A program made the position numbers and the translations under genes. A stretch of 64,000 nt of DNA, from assembly GCA_038087875.1 (NCBI GenBank), contig CM075984.1:4402001-4466000 (forward strand), in the 5' to 3' direction. Source of the stretch: Malacoraja senta. Lineage: Eukaryota. Below are positions 11,320 through 23,589 of the stretch, in pieces (positions within the stretch are counted from its first letter, which is position 1; every line of letters begins with the position of its first letter). The notes beneath the pieces are model-generated. The model made no database searches, was not told where the DNA came from, and saw only the letters and a program-made list of their open reading frames with translations.

Positions 11320-14146
11320 TAAGAGCGTTGTAAAAACAAGCCTGAAGGCTTTGTGTCTCAATGCAAGGAGCATTCGTAATAAGGTGGATGAGTTGAACGT
11401 GCAGATAGCTATTAATGATTATGATATAGTTGGGATCACAGAGACATGGCTCCAGGGTGACCAAGGCTGGGAGCTGAACATCCAGGCATATTTAATATTC
11501 AGAAGGGATAGAGAGAAAGGAAAAGTAGGTGGGGTAGCGTTGCTGGTTAGAGAGGAGATTAACGCAGTGGAAAGGAAGGACATTAGCTTGGAGGATGTGG
11601 AATCGGTATATGTAGAGCTGCGAAACACTAAGGGGCAGAAAACGCTGGTGGGTGTTGTGTACAGGCCACCTAACAGTAGTAGTGAAGTTGGGGATGGCAT
11701 CAAACAGGAAATTAGAAATGCGTGCAACAAAGGCAAAACAGTAATAATGGGTGACTTCAATCTACATATAGATTGGGTGAATCAAATTGGCATGGGTGCT
11801 GAGGAAGAGGATTTCTTGGAATGTATGCGGGATAGTTATCTAAACCAACATGTAGAGGAACCAACGAGACAGCAGGCTATTCTAGACTGGGTATTGAGTA
11901 ATGAGGAAGGGTTAGTTAGCAGTCTTGTTGTGCGTCCCCATTGGGCAAGAGTGACCATAATATGGTTGAGTTCTTCATTAGGATGGAGATTGACATTGTT
12001 AATTCAGAAACAATGGTTCTGAACTTAAAGAAAGGTAACTTTGAGGGTATGAGACGTGAATTGGCCAAGATTGACTGGCAATTAGTTCTAAAAGGGTTGA
12101 CAGTGGATATGCAATGGAAGGCATTTAAAGACTGCATGGATGAACTACAAAAATTGTTCATCCTAGTTTGGCAAAAGAATAAATCAGGGAAGTTAGTGCA
12201 TCCGTGGATAACAAGGGAAATCAGGGATAGTATCAAAGCAAAAGATGATGCGTACAAATTAGCCAGAAAAAGTAGCATACCAGAGGACTGGGAGAAATTC
12301 AGAGACCAGCAGAGGAGGACAAAGGGCTTAATTAGGAAAGGGAAAATAGATTATGAAAGAAAACTGGCAGGGAACATAAAAACTGACTGCAAAAGTTTTT
12401 ATAGATATGTGAAGAGAAAGAGATTAGTTAAAACAAATGTAGGTCCCTTGCAGTCAGAAACAGGTGAATTGATCATGGGGAACAAGGATATGGCGGACCA
12501 ATTGAATAACTACATTGGTTCCATCTTCGCTAAGGAAGACATAAATAATTTTCTGGAAATAGCAGGGGACCGCGGGTCAAAGGAGATGGAGGAACTGAGT
12601 GAAATCCAGGTTAGTCGGGAAGTGGTGTTGGGTAAATTGAATGGATTAAAGGCCGATAAATCACCAGGGCCAGATAGGCTGCATCCCAGAGTACTTAAGG
12701 AAGTAGCTCCAGAAATAGTGGATGCATTAGTGATAATTTTTCAAAATTCTTTAGATTCTGGAGTAGTTCCTGAGGATTGGAGGGTAGCAAACGTAACCCC
12801 ACTTTTTAAGAAGGGAGGGAGAGAGAAAATGGGGAATTACAGACCAGTTAGTCTAACCGGTAGTGGGGAAACTGCTGGAGTCAGTTATTAAAGATGGGAT
12901 AGCAGCACATTTGGAAAGTGGTGAAATCATTGGACAAAGTCAGCATGGATTTACGAAAGGTAAATCATGTCTGACGAATCTTATAGAATTTTTCGAGGAT
13001 GTAACTAGTAGAGTGGATAGAGGAGAACCAGTGGATGTGCTGTATCTGGACTTTCAGAAGGCTTTCGACAAGGTCCCACATAAGAGATTAGTACACAAAC
13101 TTAAAGCACACGGTATTGGGGATTCAGTATTGATGTGGATAGAGAACTGGCTGGCAATCAGGAAGCAAAGAGTAGGAGTAAACGGGTCCTTTTCACAATG
13201 GCAGGCAGTGACTAGTGGGGTACCGCAAGGCTCAGTGCTGGGACCCCAGCTATTTACAATTTATATTAATGACCTGGATGAGGGAATTGAAGGCAACATC
13301 TCCAAGTTTGCGGATGACACTAAGCTGGGGGGCAGTGTTAGCTGTGAAGAGGATGCTAGGAGACTGCAAGGTGACTTGGATAGGCTGGGTGAGTGGGCAA
13401 ATGTTTGGCAGATGCAGTATAATGTGGATAAATGTGAGGTTATCCACTTTGGTGGCAAAAACAGGAAAGCTGACTATTATCTAAATGGTGGCCGATTAGG
13501 AAAAGGGGAGATGCAGCGAGACCTGGGTGTCATGGTACACCAGTCATTGAAAGTAGGGATGCAGGTGCAGCAGGCAGTGAAGAAAGCGAATGGTATGTTA
13601 GCTTTCATAGCAAAAGGATTTGAGTACAGGAGCTGGGAGGTTCTACTGCAGTTGTACAGGGTCTTGGTGAGACCACACCTGGAGTATTGCGTACAGTTTT
13701 GGTCTCCAAATCTGAGGAAGGACATTATAGCCATAGAGGGAGTGCAGAGAAGGTTCACCAGACTGATTCCTGGGATGTCAGGACTTTCATATGAAGAAAG
13801 ACTGGATAGACTCGGCTTATACTCGCTAGAATTTAGGAGATTGAGAGGGGATCTTATAGAAACTTACAAAATTCATATGGGGTTGGACAGGCTAGATGCA
13901 GGAAGATTGTTCCCGATGTTGGGGAAGTCCAGGACAAGGGGTCACAGCTTAAGGATAAGGGGGAAATCCTTTAAGACCGAGATGAGAAAAAACGTTTTCG
14001 CACAGAGAGTGGTGAATCTCTGGAGCTCTCTGCCACAGAGGGTAGTTGAGGCCAGTTCATTGGCTTTATTTAAGAGGGAGTTAGATGTGGCCCTTGTGGC
14101 TAAAGGGATCAGGGGGTATGGAGAGAAGGCAGGTATGGGATACTGA
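11320..14146 (+). pseudogene. CR1 ORF2 (APE endonuclease and reverse transcriptase), two frameshifts
   Basis: LNARSI, GITETWL, VYRPP, GDFN, SDH; NYRPVSL, QGSVLGP, FADD. Compared with the 50776-53427 paralogue there is a 1-nt loss at ~11936-11940 and a 2-nt loss at ~12857. Confidence 0.92.
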
Positions 14147-14440
14147 GTTGGATGATCAGCCATGATCATATTGAATGGCGGTGCAGGCTCGATGGGCCGA
14201 ATGGCCTACTCCTGCACCTATTTTCTATGTATCTATGTATCTATGCAACATTAGCAACACACTAAAGACATAACAGGTTGCAACCCCCTAAGTCCTCCCT
14301 TAGCAAATTGGGGGAAGGAGCGGATGTATGTGGCAGAGGAAGTAAATGAGCATGATCCATTGAATGTGGAAGTTGTTAGGATGGAAAGTGAGGAAAATTG
14401 GAACCTGAGTAGTTCCAGAGAGAGAGGAGAGGAAAAAAGT

Positions 14441-14527
14441 AGAAGGGTCCCGACCCGAAACATCACCCATCCTTTTTTCTCCAGAGATGCTGCCTGACCC
14501 GCTGAGTTATTCCAGCACTCTGTGTAG
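14441..14527 (+). mobile_element. Penelope pLTR fragment
   Basis: agaagggtcccgacccgaaacatcaccc...gagttattccagc. Confidence 0.7.
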
Positions 14528-14816
14528 ATTGATGATGCATGTTAACCAATCACACACAAGCCAGCATCACTAACTCCACCCCACTGTAACACTTATACTA
14601 ACACTTGCTTCCGGCACTACCCAGTTCGAACAGCTAGGATGTACTTACAACTAACCATCCTTTATGCTGTTAAAGTCTCAGTACTGATTAAAGATGAACT
14701 TGAATTACATACTGTGTCTGGTGTATGTCTACACTATGTGCCTATCTTCCGTATATACCAGCATCCACAGTTCCGTTCTACATAAAAGAGCAGAAATGGT
14801 AGAATTGGAATGGATG

Positions 14817-15724
14817 CAGTGCATTCAGAAAGTATTCAGACCTCTTCACTTTTTCCACATTTTGTTACGTTACAGCCTTATTCTAAAATGGATTAAATTC
14901 TTTTTTTTTATCATCAATCTACACACAATACCGCATACTAAAAAACCAAAATAAACCGAGATTGAACTCTTTGACCTGAATGCCAAGCGTCACGTCTGGA
15001 GGATACCAGGCACCGCTCATCACCTGGCTAATACCATACCTACGGTGAAGCATGGTGGTGGCAGCATCATGCTGTGGGGATGTTTTTCAGCGGCAGGAAC
15101 TGGGAGACTAGTCAGGGTCGAGGGAAAGATGAACGGAGCAAAGTAAAGAGAGATCCTTGATGAAAACCTGCTTCAGAGCATTCTGGACATCAGACTGGGG
15201 TGGAGGTTCACCTTCCAACAGGACAACGATCCTAAGCCAAGACAATGCAGGAGTGGCTTCATGACAAGTCTGTGAATGTTCTTGAGTTTCCCAGCCAGAG
15301 CCCAGACTTGAACCCGATCGAACATCTCTGGGGGGACCTGAAAATAGCTGTGCATCGACGCTCCCCATCCAATCCCACAGAGCTTGAGAGGATCTGCAGA
15401 GAAGAATGGGAGAAATTACCCAAATACAGGTGTGCCAAGCTTGTAGCGTCATACCCAAGAAGACTTGAGGCTGTAATCACTGCCAAAGGTGCCTCAACAA
15501 AGTACTGAGTAAAGGGTCTGAATACTTATGTAAATGTGATATTTCAGTTATTTATTTTTAATTACTTTGCAAACATTTCTAAACACCTGTTTTTGCTTTT
15601 CTATTATGGGGCATTGTGTGTAGATTAAAGATATAAAAAATGAATTTAATCCATTTTAGCATAAGGCTGTAATGTAACAAAATGTGGAAAAAAGTGAAGG
15701 GGTCTGAATACTCTGAATGCACTG
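14817..15724 (+). mobile_element. Tc1-family DNA transposon, internally deleted
   Basis: Long TIRs CAGTGCATTCAGA.AGTATTCAGACC... TA follows the right end. Transposase C-terminal motifs [33 protein letters not shown] are present but broken. Confidence 0.92.
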
Positions 15725-16496
15725 TATAGATAAGGAAGCTATCAAGCATTCGAGAGGGAAAAAACTGCAGATGCGTGTTTATGGAATGTAATATTATTAA
15801 AATAAATACAAAAGGTAAAACCTGGAGCAAAAATAGAATCACTACAGAAACCATGTGGTGGGCCATGTGGCTTTGAAGTTGCTACTGTTGATAACTTTTC
15901 CTGAGAATTTGGGACAGGGAATTTGAGGAAGGAAGGGGCAGGGTTGGACTTGGAGCCTGAGACAATAAGGAAAGGATAGAAATTGGAAGCAAAGATGATG
16001 AACATTTTCAGTTCAGGCTGAGAACCTGAAATGGCATTATTGCAATCGTTGGCGTACTACGTATAAAAGAGATGAACGAGGTTACCTGAGAGTGTCTGTA
16101 AGAAAACACATTCCAATATTTTCCAAAGAAACAGAAATTGTTGGGTTCCAATGGCAGAAATATTTATCTAGAGGATACAAGTGTGTTAAAGGGAACTTAT
16201 TGGATTTGAAAACAAATTCAGAAAGGGCAGAAGAGGGTAATGATGAGTGAGATCTAGTTCTCTCTCGGTTCAGGGAATACATAACGGGCCACAATATTGA
16301 CCTAATGGGTGATGGAGGTGTACAAGAATGGAGATAGTTAGTGAACATGGAGAACATTAGTGAACATGCTGAAAAATGGAAATTCTTAAAATAGAGTTGG
16401 GACAAGAAAATAAAACTTGGAGTTGGGATAAGTTTAATTGAAGGCACAAGAATAAACATTCTGGAATCTGCAACAAAAATCCAGCTCTAACAACTT

Positions 16497-16669
16497 GTGA
16501 AGGAAGGAACTGCAGATGCTGGTTTAAATGGAAGATAGACATAAAAAGCTGGAGTAACTCAGCGGCAGGCAGTATCTCTGGAGAGAAGGAATGGGTGACG
16601 TCACCCATTCCTTCTCTCCAGAGATGCTGCCTGTCCTGCTGTTACTCCAGCTTTGTGTGTCTATCTTTT
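16497..16669. mobile_element. Penelope-derived fold-back palindrome
   Basis: Perfect 26-bp arms (16574-16625) centred on GAC|GTC at 16599/16600, extending with mismatches. Possible diverged TSD gctctaacaactt/gctcaaagaactt. Confidence 0.8.
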
Positions 16670-16880
16670 GCTCAAAGAACTTAGTGGGTTAAGCAGCATT
16701 GTGGAGGTGCAGTGATGGTTGACGTTTTAGGTCGAAACCCTGCATCGGGCCTGAGTGTAGAGGAAAGGTAATCTGTATGTAGAAATGAGAGGGGCGTGTG
16801 AGGCTAGGTGATGGCTGGAAAATGATGAGAGAGGGAAGGTCATTTTCGGTTCATATTGCACAATGAACTCATGGAACAAG

Positions 16881-16934
16881 GGGGTGGAAGATTGCAACCT
16901 TCACGTGGTCCGCCCTGTTTCGACTAATGCAATC
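16881..16934 (+). ncRNA. Predicted minimal HDV/CPEB3-like self-cleaving ribozyme
   Basis: P1 GGGGUGG/CCGCCCU (G1.U), P2 GAUUGCA/UGCAAUC, P3 ACC/GGU, L3 UUCACGU, tiny UUCG P4, J4/2 CUAA. Confidence 0.8.
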
Positions 16935-17019
16935 AACTCGACGTGCACAAACGGAAGATCAAATAGAACAAGTTGTCCAACAACTTTAGGCTGTGCACGC
17001 CAAACGAAAGAAGAAGAAG
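16881..17019 (+). mobile_element. 139-bp non-autonomous retroelement with 5' HDV-like ribozyme and (AAG)n tail (copy 1)
   Basis: TSD ATGGAACAAG at 16871-16880 and 17020-17029. Homologous to 24813-24951. Confidence 0.88.
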
Positions 17020-17560
17020 ATGGAACAAGGAACAACCAAATTCATTCAAGAATGATTTTTTTAACAAGGCACAGTATGATTCAATAATCAGTATGATTAA
17101 TTCATCTGATTTAATAAAATCAAGTTAATATCCAGTTACAATATTCTTCTTCATTAACTTCCAAATTAGTAGATATGCATATGAAACATGGGGTTATTTA
17201 CGTTTTATATGGTGTTTATAAACATAAATGGGGTGTCAATGAAACAACAGAAACCTGGGTTGTTTGTAAAGAGAACAAAAAAGAGTAAGTGTATCATTAT
17301 AAATTGTTAACGATTTTTTTTAAATTGCAACTCTGAAAGGAGAGGTCTTAGAATCAAAGGTGTGATGTGCATACATTAATTTAATGTTTTGTTGAAATGC
17401 TCCCAATGCTTATTAGATAATGGATGAGCTTTCAAGTGCTTTCCTATCATTTCATTCCTTCAATACCAAAGGGAACTTGTGTTTAGAATAAGACTTTGGT
17501 AAGGGAAATGAATAAATAACTCATTCCTTTTTCGATGATAAAGATCACGGATAAAAGTGT

Positions 17561-18289
17561 GTAGGAAAGAACTGCAGATGCTGGTTTAAATCGAAGATAG
17601 GCACAAAATGCTGGGGTAACTCAGCGGGACAGGCAGCATCTCTGGAGAGAAGGAATGGGTGATGTTTCAGGTCGAGACCCTTCTTCAGACTGATGTCAAG
17701 GGAGTGGGCGATACAGAGATAAAATGTAGTCAGAGATAGTAAAACTGGTGGGAGAATTGTGGTGGAGAGGGAGGGAAAACAAGGGCTATGAAGTTAGAGA
17801 AGTCAATGTTCATACCGTTGGGGTGTAAGCTACCCTGCGAAATAACAGCAGGTGCTGTTCCTCCAATTTGTGCTGGACCTTACTCTGACAATGGAGGAGG
17901 CCCAGGACAGAAAGGTCCATCTGGGAATGGGAGGGGGAATGTTGAGCAACCAGGAGATCAGGTAGGTTTAGGCGTACTGAGTGGAGGTGTTCAGTGAAAC
18001 GATCTTGCGTTTGGTCTCACCGATATACAGGAGTCCACACCTGGAACAACGGATACAGTAGATGAGGTTGGAGGAGGTGCTCTGCCTCACCCGAAGAGAC
18101 TGTTGGGGACCTTGGATGGAGTTGAGGGGGGGGGGGTACAGGGACAGGTGTTGCATCTCCTGCGGTTGCAAGGGAAAGTACCTGGGGAGGGTGTGGTTTG
18201 GGTGGGAAGGGACGAGTTGACCAGGGAGTTGTGGAGGGAATGATCTCTGCGGAAAGCGGAAAGGGGTGGAGATGGGAAGGTGGGAAGAT
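17561..18289 (-). mobile_element. Penelope-like element, 5'-truncated: GIY-YIG remnant and pLTR
   Basis: SSNLIYCIRCSRCGLLYIGETKR (PLE-type GIY-YIG with CxxC). Hammerhead motif at 17661-17688. TSD ggataaa(a/g)gtgt at 17549-17560 and 18290-18301. Confidence 0.9.
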
Positions 18290-18509
18290 GGATAAAGGTG
18301 TCTTCTTCTGTTTGGTAGAATGTAATGAGTGATGTGCCACAATGATAATTGCTGAGGCCTCAGCTTTTTACAATTTGTTTAAATGATTGGGATGAAGAGA
18401 TTGAATGTATGATTATTAAATTTGTTGATAACAGAAACGTTGGCCGGAAAGTAACGCGCAGAGGACAAATACGGTAGAGTAGACTTGAGGAGCACAGTAA
18501 TTTATTGAG

Positions 18510-18603
18510 ATAGACACAAAAAGCTGGAGTAACTCAGCGGGACAGGTAGCATTTCTGGAGAGAGGGAATGGGTGGCGTTTTGGGTCGAGACCCTTCTTCA
18601 GAC
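18510..18603 (-). mobile_element. Penelope-derived mini-element
   Basis: pLTR tail ending at the hammerhead core (reverse complement of gtctgaagaagggtctcgaccc). Confidence 0.78.
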
Positions 18604-19477
18604 ATTATTTCTGACATTATCAGTAATTTTTTCCCCACTAATTTGTATGAGCTCATTCACACGCTTCAAATGGCCAGATACACTTCAAAACATGTAACTG
18701 ATGCCATGCAACAACATTCCCAGAAAAAGAGACCTTTCCATGACATTTCCTAACAGTACAGTCCTGAAGGCATAAACATATAATTTGCTTAGAGTTAGAA
18801 AAGCTTATTCCCTTCATCTCCTCTGGGCTGTTTCCTTTGTGGATTGTTACAGCTAATTGGAGAGTGTGGCAATTTGAGGCTTGAGCTACAGGCTAAAAAT
18901 ATTCAGAATTGTTATTTTTATAAAACACAATATTTTGACATGCATGCGCAATGGTAGACCATGAATCTTGAATATGGCTCGATCCTGACAAACCTGTAGG
19001 ATGTGATATGAATAATTTAGAATATATTTTAGTTGAAAATGATAAAGAGCAAGTAAATAGGTTTCTAGTTGTTTAAAAACAGTTGTTTTGATGGGAAACC
19101 TGATTTGAGTCAAATGCACCACATTGGGCAAAACAGAGCAGGAATCTCTTGGATTTACTCTTCATTCATGCTGAGATGGTTGGTAATAGTTTAAGCTGAG
19201 ACCCAAGTGAACATTTGATGAGTGTTTCGTTGGAAGGGACATTGAGGGAGGTATTGTCTCCCAATTCCTACAGTTTAAGAGATCATTAAGATCCCATGAT
19301 ATTAAACAATGTGACTCAAAGAACAAATGAGTGACAAAGAGTCCTTTGAGTCACATGCCTAATCCAATTTGTGCAATGAAAACTGGTTAACTTGTCGTTC
19401 ACTTGCTTGCTATTTACAGAATTATGATGTATATAGTTTGGCTACAGTTGTCCATTTCAAAATACTTCATTGTTTAT

Positions 19478-19700
19478 AGTCATAGTCATACAGCATGGAA
19501 ACAGGATGTCAGCCCAACTTGCGCATGCTGACCAATATGCCCCATCTACACTCGTCCCACCTGTCTACATTTGTCCCACATCCCTCTAAACCTATCCTAT
19601 CCATGTACCTGTCTAAATGCCTTAAACATTACCATAGTACCTGCCTCAACTACCAAATCCACAGCTCGTTCCATACACCCACTATTGGGTGTATGGAACG
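19478..19700 (-). mobile_element. CR1 3' tail fragment
   Basis: Shares the 3'UTR and C-terminal motifs with 31590-31770 and 38155-38630. Confidence 0.7.
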
Positions 19701-19704
19701 AGCT

Positions 19705-20479
19705 GTACTGCGTACTGCGCATGTTGTTCCGTTGTTTAAAAAGGGTTCGAAGAGTAAACCTAGCAATTATAGACCTGTTAGTTTGACGTCAGTGGTGGGC
19801 AAATTAATGGAAAGGATACTTAAAGATAATATATATAAGCATCTGGATCAGCAGGGTCTGATTAGGAACAGTCAACATGGATTTGTGCCTGGAAGGTCAT
19901 GCTTGACTAATCTTCATGAATTTTTCGAAGAGGTTACTAGGGAAATTGATGAGGGTAAAGCAGTGGATGTTGTCTATATGGACTTCAGTAAGGCCTTTGA
20001 CAAGGTTCCTCATGGAAGGTTGGTTAAGAAGATTCAATTGTTGGGTATTAATGGTGGAGTAGCAAGATGGATTCAACAGTGGCTGAATGGGAGATGCCAG
20101 AGAGTAATGGTGGATGGCTGTTTGTCAGGTTGGAGGCCGGTGACTAGTGGGGTGCCTCAGGGGTCTGTGTTGGGTCCACTGTTGTTTGTCATGTACATCA
20201 ATGATCTGGATGATGGTGTGGAAAATTGGATTAGTAAGTATGCAGATGATACTAAGATAGGTGGTGTTGTGGATAATGAAGTAGATTTTCAAAGTCTACA
20301 GAGAAATTTAGGCCATTTGGAAGAGTGGGCTGAAAGATGGCAGATGGAGTTTAATGCTGACAAATGTGAGGTGCTACATCTCGGCAGGACAAATCAAAAT
20401 AGGACGTACACGGTAAATGGTAGCGAATTGAGGAATGCAGTTGAACAGAGGGATGTAGGAATAACTGTGCATAGTTCCC
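19705..20479 (+). mobile_element. CR1 ORF2 RT fragment ending in an assembly gap
   Basis: NYRPVSLTS...QGSVLGP...YADD. Nearly identical to the 425-2747 subfamily. Confidence 0.92.
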
Positions 20480-20679
20480 NNNNNNNNNNNNNNNNNNNNN
20501 NNNNNNNNNNNNNNNNNNNNNNNNNNNNNNNNNNNNNNNNNNNNNNNNNNNNNNNNNNNNNNNNNNNNNNNNNNNNNNNNNNNNNNNNNNNNNNNNNNNN
20601 NNNNNNNNNNNNNNNNNNNNNNNNNNNNNNNNNNNNNNNNNNNNNNNNNNNNNNNNNNNNNNNNNNNNNNNNNNNNNNN

Positions 20680-21370
20680 GATCTTCTGGGATTTTTTGAG
20701 ACAGTGGGAACTGTTAGGTCCTCCAAGGTGAGGTGAGGTCAGCCGATAATCTTCTGGGCGTTGTCAATAGCCCTCTGGAGCGCTTTCCTCTTAGCCGCTG
20801 TGCAGCTGGTGTACCACACGCATACACAGTATGTTAAGATGCTCTCTATTGAGCACCGATAAAAGGATAGCAGCAGTCTCTGGGTGATGTTGTTCTTCCT
20901 GAGCACCCTCAGGAAGTACAGTCTCTGCTGGACCTTTTTCAGCAGCGCAGAGGTGTTCACGCTCCATGTCAGGTCCTCCTCAATGTGGATTCCCAAGAAG
21001 CGAAATTCCGCCACCCTCTCCACACAGTCCCCATCGATGATTAGTGGTGTAATGTCCGTTTTCTTCTTTCTGTAATCTATTATGAGCTCCTTGGTCTTTG
21101 AGGTGTTGAGGAGCAGGTTATTTTCTCCACACCACCCTGTCAGCTGCTCCACCTCATCCCTGTATGCGTACTCATCCCCCCCAGAGATGAGCCCCACCAC
21201 CGTGGTGTCAACCGCGAATTTGACAATGGTGTTACTGTGGTGGGCGGGGGTGCAGTCATATGTGTAGATGGTGTAAAGCAGGGGGCTCAGCACGCAGCCC
21301 TGTGGAGAGCCGGTACTGAGGCTGAGGGCCGTAGATGTGTGATGGCCCACTCTGACTCTCTGACTGCGAG
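20680..21370 (-). mobile_element. Rex1/Babar LINE RT fragment
   Basis: [27 protein letters not shown] (YxDD-equivalent mutated), KTKELIIDYR, QQRLYFLRVL. Confidence 0.88.
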
Positions 21371-21419
21371 TCAAATAATGTTCTATCCTTACTTGGCCCC
21401 GGTAACTGAAAGTGAGCCT

Positions 21420-22950
21420 GGGCAAATGTTAGCATTCTTGCAGGCAGAAATGGTTCATGTTAATGCACTGGTTTCAATCTTCCAATATTTTCCAGATCTG
21501 AGGAAAGTTCCATTAGGTTGCAAAATAGCAAATATGACTCTTTATTCAAAAAGAGAGGCAGGCAGAAACCAAGGAACTATAATCTTTTTAGTTTAAAATC
21601 TGTCACAGGGAAAATCTTGGAAGTTATTATTAAAATGCTGTAGCAAGGTGCTTAGAAAAAGTCAAGGTAGTTTGGTAAAGCTAATGTGGTTTTGTGAAAG
21701 GAAAGTCATGTTTGACCCATTTATTTGAGTTCTTTGAGGAAGTGATATGTACTGTGTAAAGAGAAATCATTGGACATACTAAGACTTAGAGAAGGTATTT
21801 GAGAAGAAGCTAAATCAAAAGCTTATAATATAGAGGATAATAGATTGGTATGGATGGAAGATCAATTGGTCAGCAGGAAATGCAGAGTAAGCATAACTGG
21901 GTCTTTTTCTGGTTGGCAGGATGTGCAGGAAGGAACTGCAGATGCTGGTTTACACCCAAGATAGACACAAAAAGCTGGAGTAACTCAGCGGGACAGGCAG
22001 CATTTCTGGAGAGAAGGAATGGGTGACGTTTCGTGTCAAGACAACTGAGAGTCAGGCGAGAGAGAGTCCAGAGATATGGAAGGGTAAGGTGTGAAAACGG
22101 CACTCCTATATATCGGCGAGTCCAAGCGCAGGCTCGGCAATCATTTCACTTAGCACGTCCCCTCAGTCTGCCTAGGCCTACATGATCTCCCGGTTGCTAA
22201 ACACTATCCCCCCCCCCCCCCCCCACCACACCCCCATTCCCATATTGACCTTTCTGTCCTGGGCCTCCTCCACTGTCAGAGTGAGGCCCAGCACAAATTG
22301 GAGGAATAGCACCTCATATTTTGCTTGGGCAGCTTACAACCCAGCAGTATGAATATTGATTTCTCTCACTTCAAATAATTCTTGCTTTCCCTCTCTCTCC
22401 GTCCCACTCCCATCCTAGTTCTCCGACTAGTTCTACTATCCTCCTGATTAAATATTACTGATTGTATGCTGTATTGTCACCTTCCCCTCAGCTAACAATG
22501 AACCATTCGACATTTCCTTATCACGGTCTGCTTTGATCTGTCGTTTTCACACCTTACCCTTCCATATCTCTAGACTCCCTCTCCCCTGATTGAAGAAGGG
22601 TCTCGACCTGAAACTTCACCCATTCCTTCTCTCCAGTGATGCAGCCTGTCCCGCTGAGTTACTTCAGCATTTTGTGTCTATCTACAAGTATTGTGCTCTG
22701 GGGTTTGGGTCTTCATTTACAATTTGTATAAATAATGGATGAAGACACGAAAGTATGGTTGCTAAGTTCATTAATGACCCGAAGATAGGCCAGAACGTAA
22801 ATTGTGTAGAGGACTTAAGACAATCGGGTATAGATAGCTTCAAAGAGTGGGAAAAGATCTAGCAAATGGATAGTAATGAAAGAAAATATGATGTTAGCAG
22901 GAAAAATAAAAACAGAAGCATATTATGAAATTGGTGAGCATTGCATTTTT
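21420..22950 (+). mobile_element. Old degraded CR1 ORF2, interrupted by a PLE composite
   Basis: Decayed LVSIFQ..KIAN, GFVKGKSCLT.L.EFFEEV and later KF..D.KIG motifs on either side of 21922-22685. Confidence 0.65.
21922..22685. mobile_element. Penelope-like inverted composite (minus pLTR joined to plus GIY-YIG C-terminus and pLTR)
   Basis: LLYIGESKRRLG...HLIFCLGSLQPSSMNIDFS on the plus strand at ~22103-22378. Hammerhead remnant at ~22590-22617. Confidence 0.87.
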
Positions 22951-23092
22951 TCCAACATTTAGATAATAAATGTTTACTTATTTTCCTTGCCAAAATAGAC
23001 CATTTCATATTTTGCCACATTGTGCTGTATTTGCTAGATATTTGCCCCCTCATTTAACCTACATCCAAGCTTTTATCACTGCATATGACTGC

Positions 23093-23353
23093 GCCCACTG
23101 GGTCCGGGCCGACCAGTGAGCCCTGCATATTAACATTATCCTACACATACTAGGGACATTTTTTTTACATTTACCAAGCCAATTTACCTATATACCTGTA
23201 CGTCTTTGGAGTGTGGAGCAAACCGAAGATGTCGGAGAAAGCCCACGTGGTCACGGGGAGAACGTACAAATTCCGTATAGACAAGCAGCCGTAGTTGGGA
23301 TTGAACCCGGCTGCAAGCACTGTAAGGCAGCAACTCTACCGCTGCGCCACCAT
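23093..23353 (-). mobile_element. HE1-like V-SINE
   Basis: Minus-strand A box TGGCGCAGCGG and B box GGTTCAATCC, followed by the V-domain-like core. Confidence 0.8.
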
Positions 23354-23495
23354 GACGTCACTGCTTCCCAACTTAACAAGATGAAGGACAACATATGGGC
23401 TGAAGAAATGTGGAGTGTCTGGCCATCAACGCTGTGCTCATAGCCTTCAACCAATATAACTCCAAAGTCTTGTGTCACACAAGACATGTTGGTGA

Positions 23496-23589
23496 AGGTA
23501 CACAAAAATGCTGGAAAAACTCAGCGGGTGCAGCAGCATCTATGGAGCGAAGGAAATAGGTAACGTTTCGGGCCGAAACCCTTCTTCAG
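23496..23589 (-). mobile_element. Penelope-derived mini-element (subfamily B)
   Basis: TSD AGACATGTTGGTGA at 23482-23495 and 23588-23601. Confidence 0.85.
23562..23589 (-). ncRNA. Predicted minimal hammerhead ribozyme motif (best-preserved subfamily B copy)
   Basis: CUGAAGA-A-GGGU(UUCG)GCCC-GAA-ACGU-U: CUGANGA and GAAA cores, stem II, palindromic ACGU stem III, NUH site. Confidence 0.65.

Larger units (their letters stand above)
9536..14245 (+). mobile_element. Near full-length CR1 LINE
   Basis: 5' tandem 90-bp monomers, ORF1 esterase, ORF2 APE-RT with two frameshifts, 3'UTR and (CTATGTAT)n tail. Confidence 0.95.

Noticed and set aside
10850-11320. N-terminal extension of ORF 10850-12022
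   Set aside because: It overlaps ORF1 and the inter-ORF spacer. Recognisable APE sequence only starts near 11340.
19495-20736. 413-aa ORF
   Set aside because: It is a chimera of an antisense CR1 tail, a CR1 RT fragment and an N gap.
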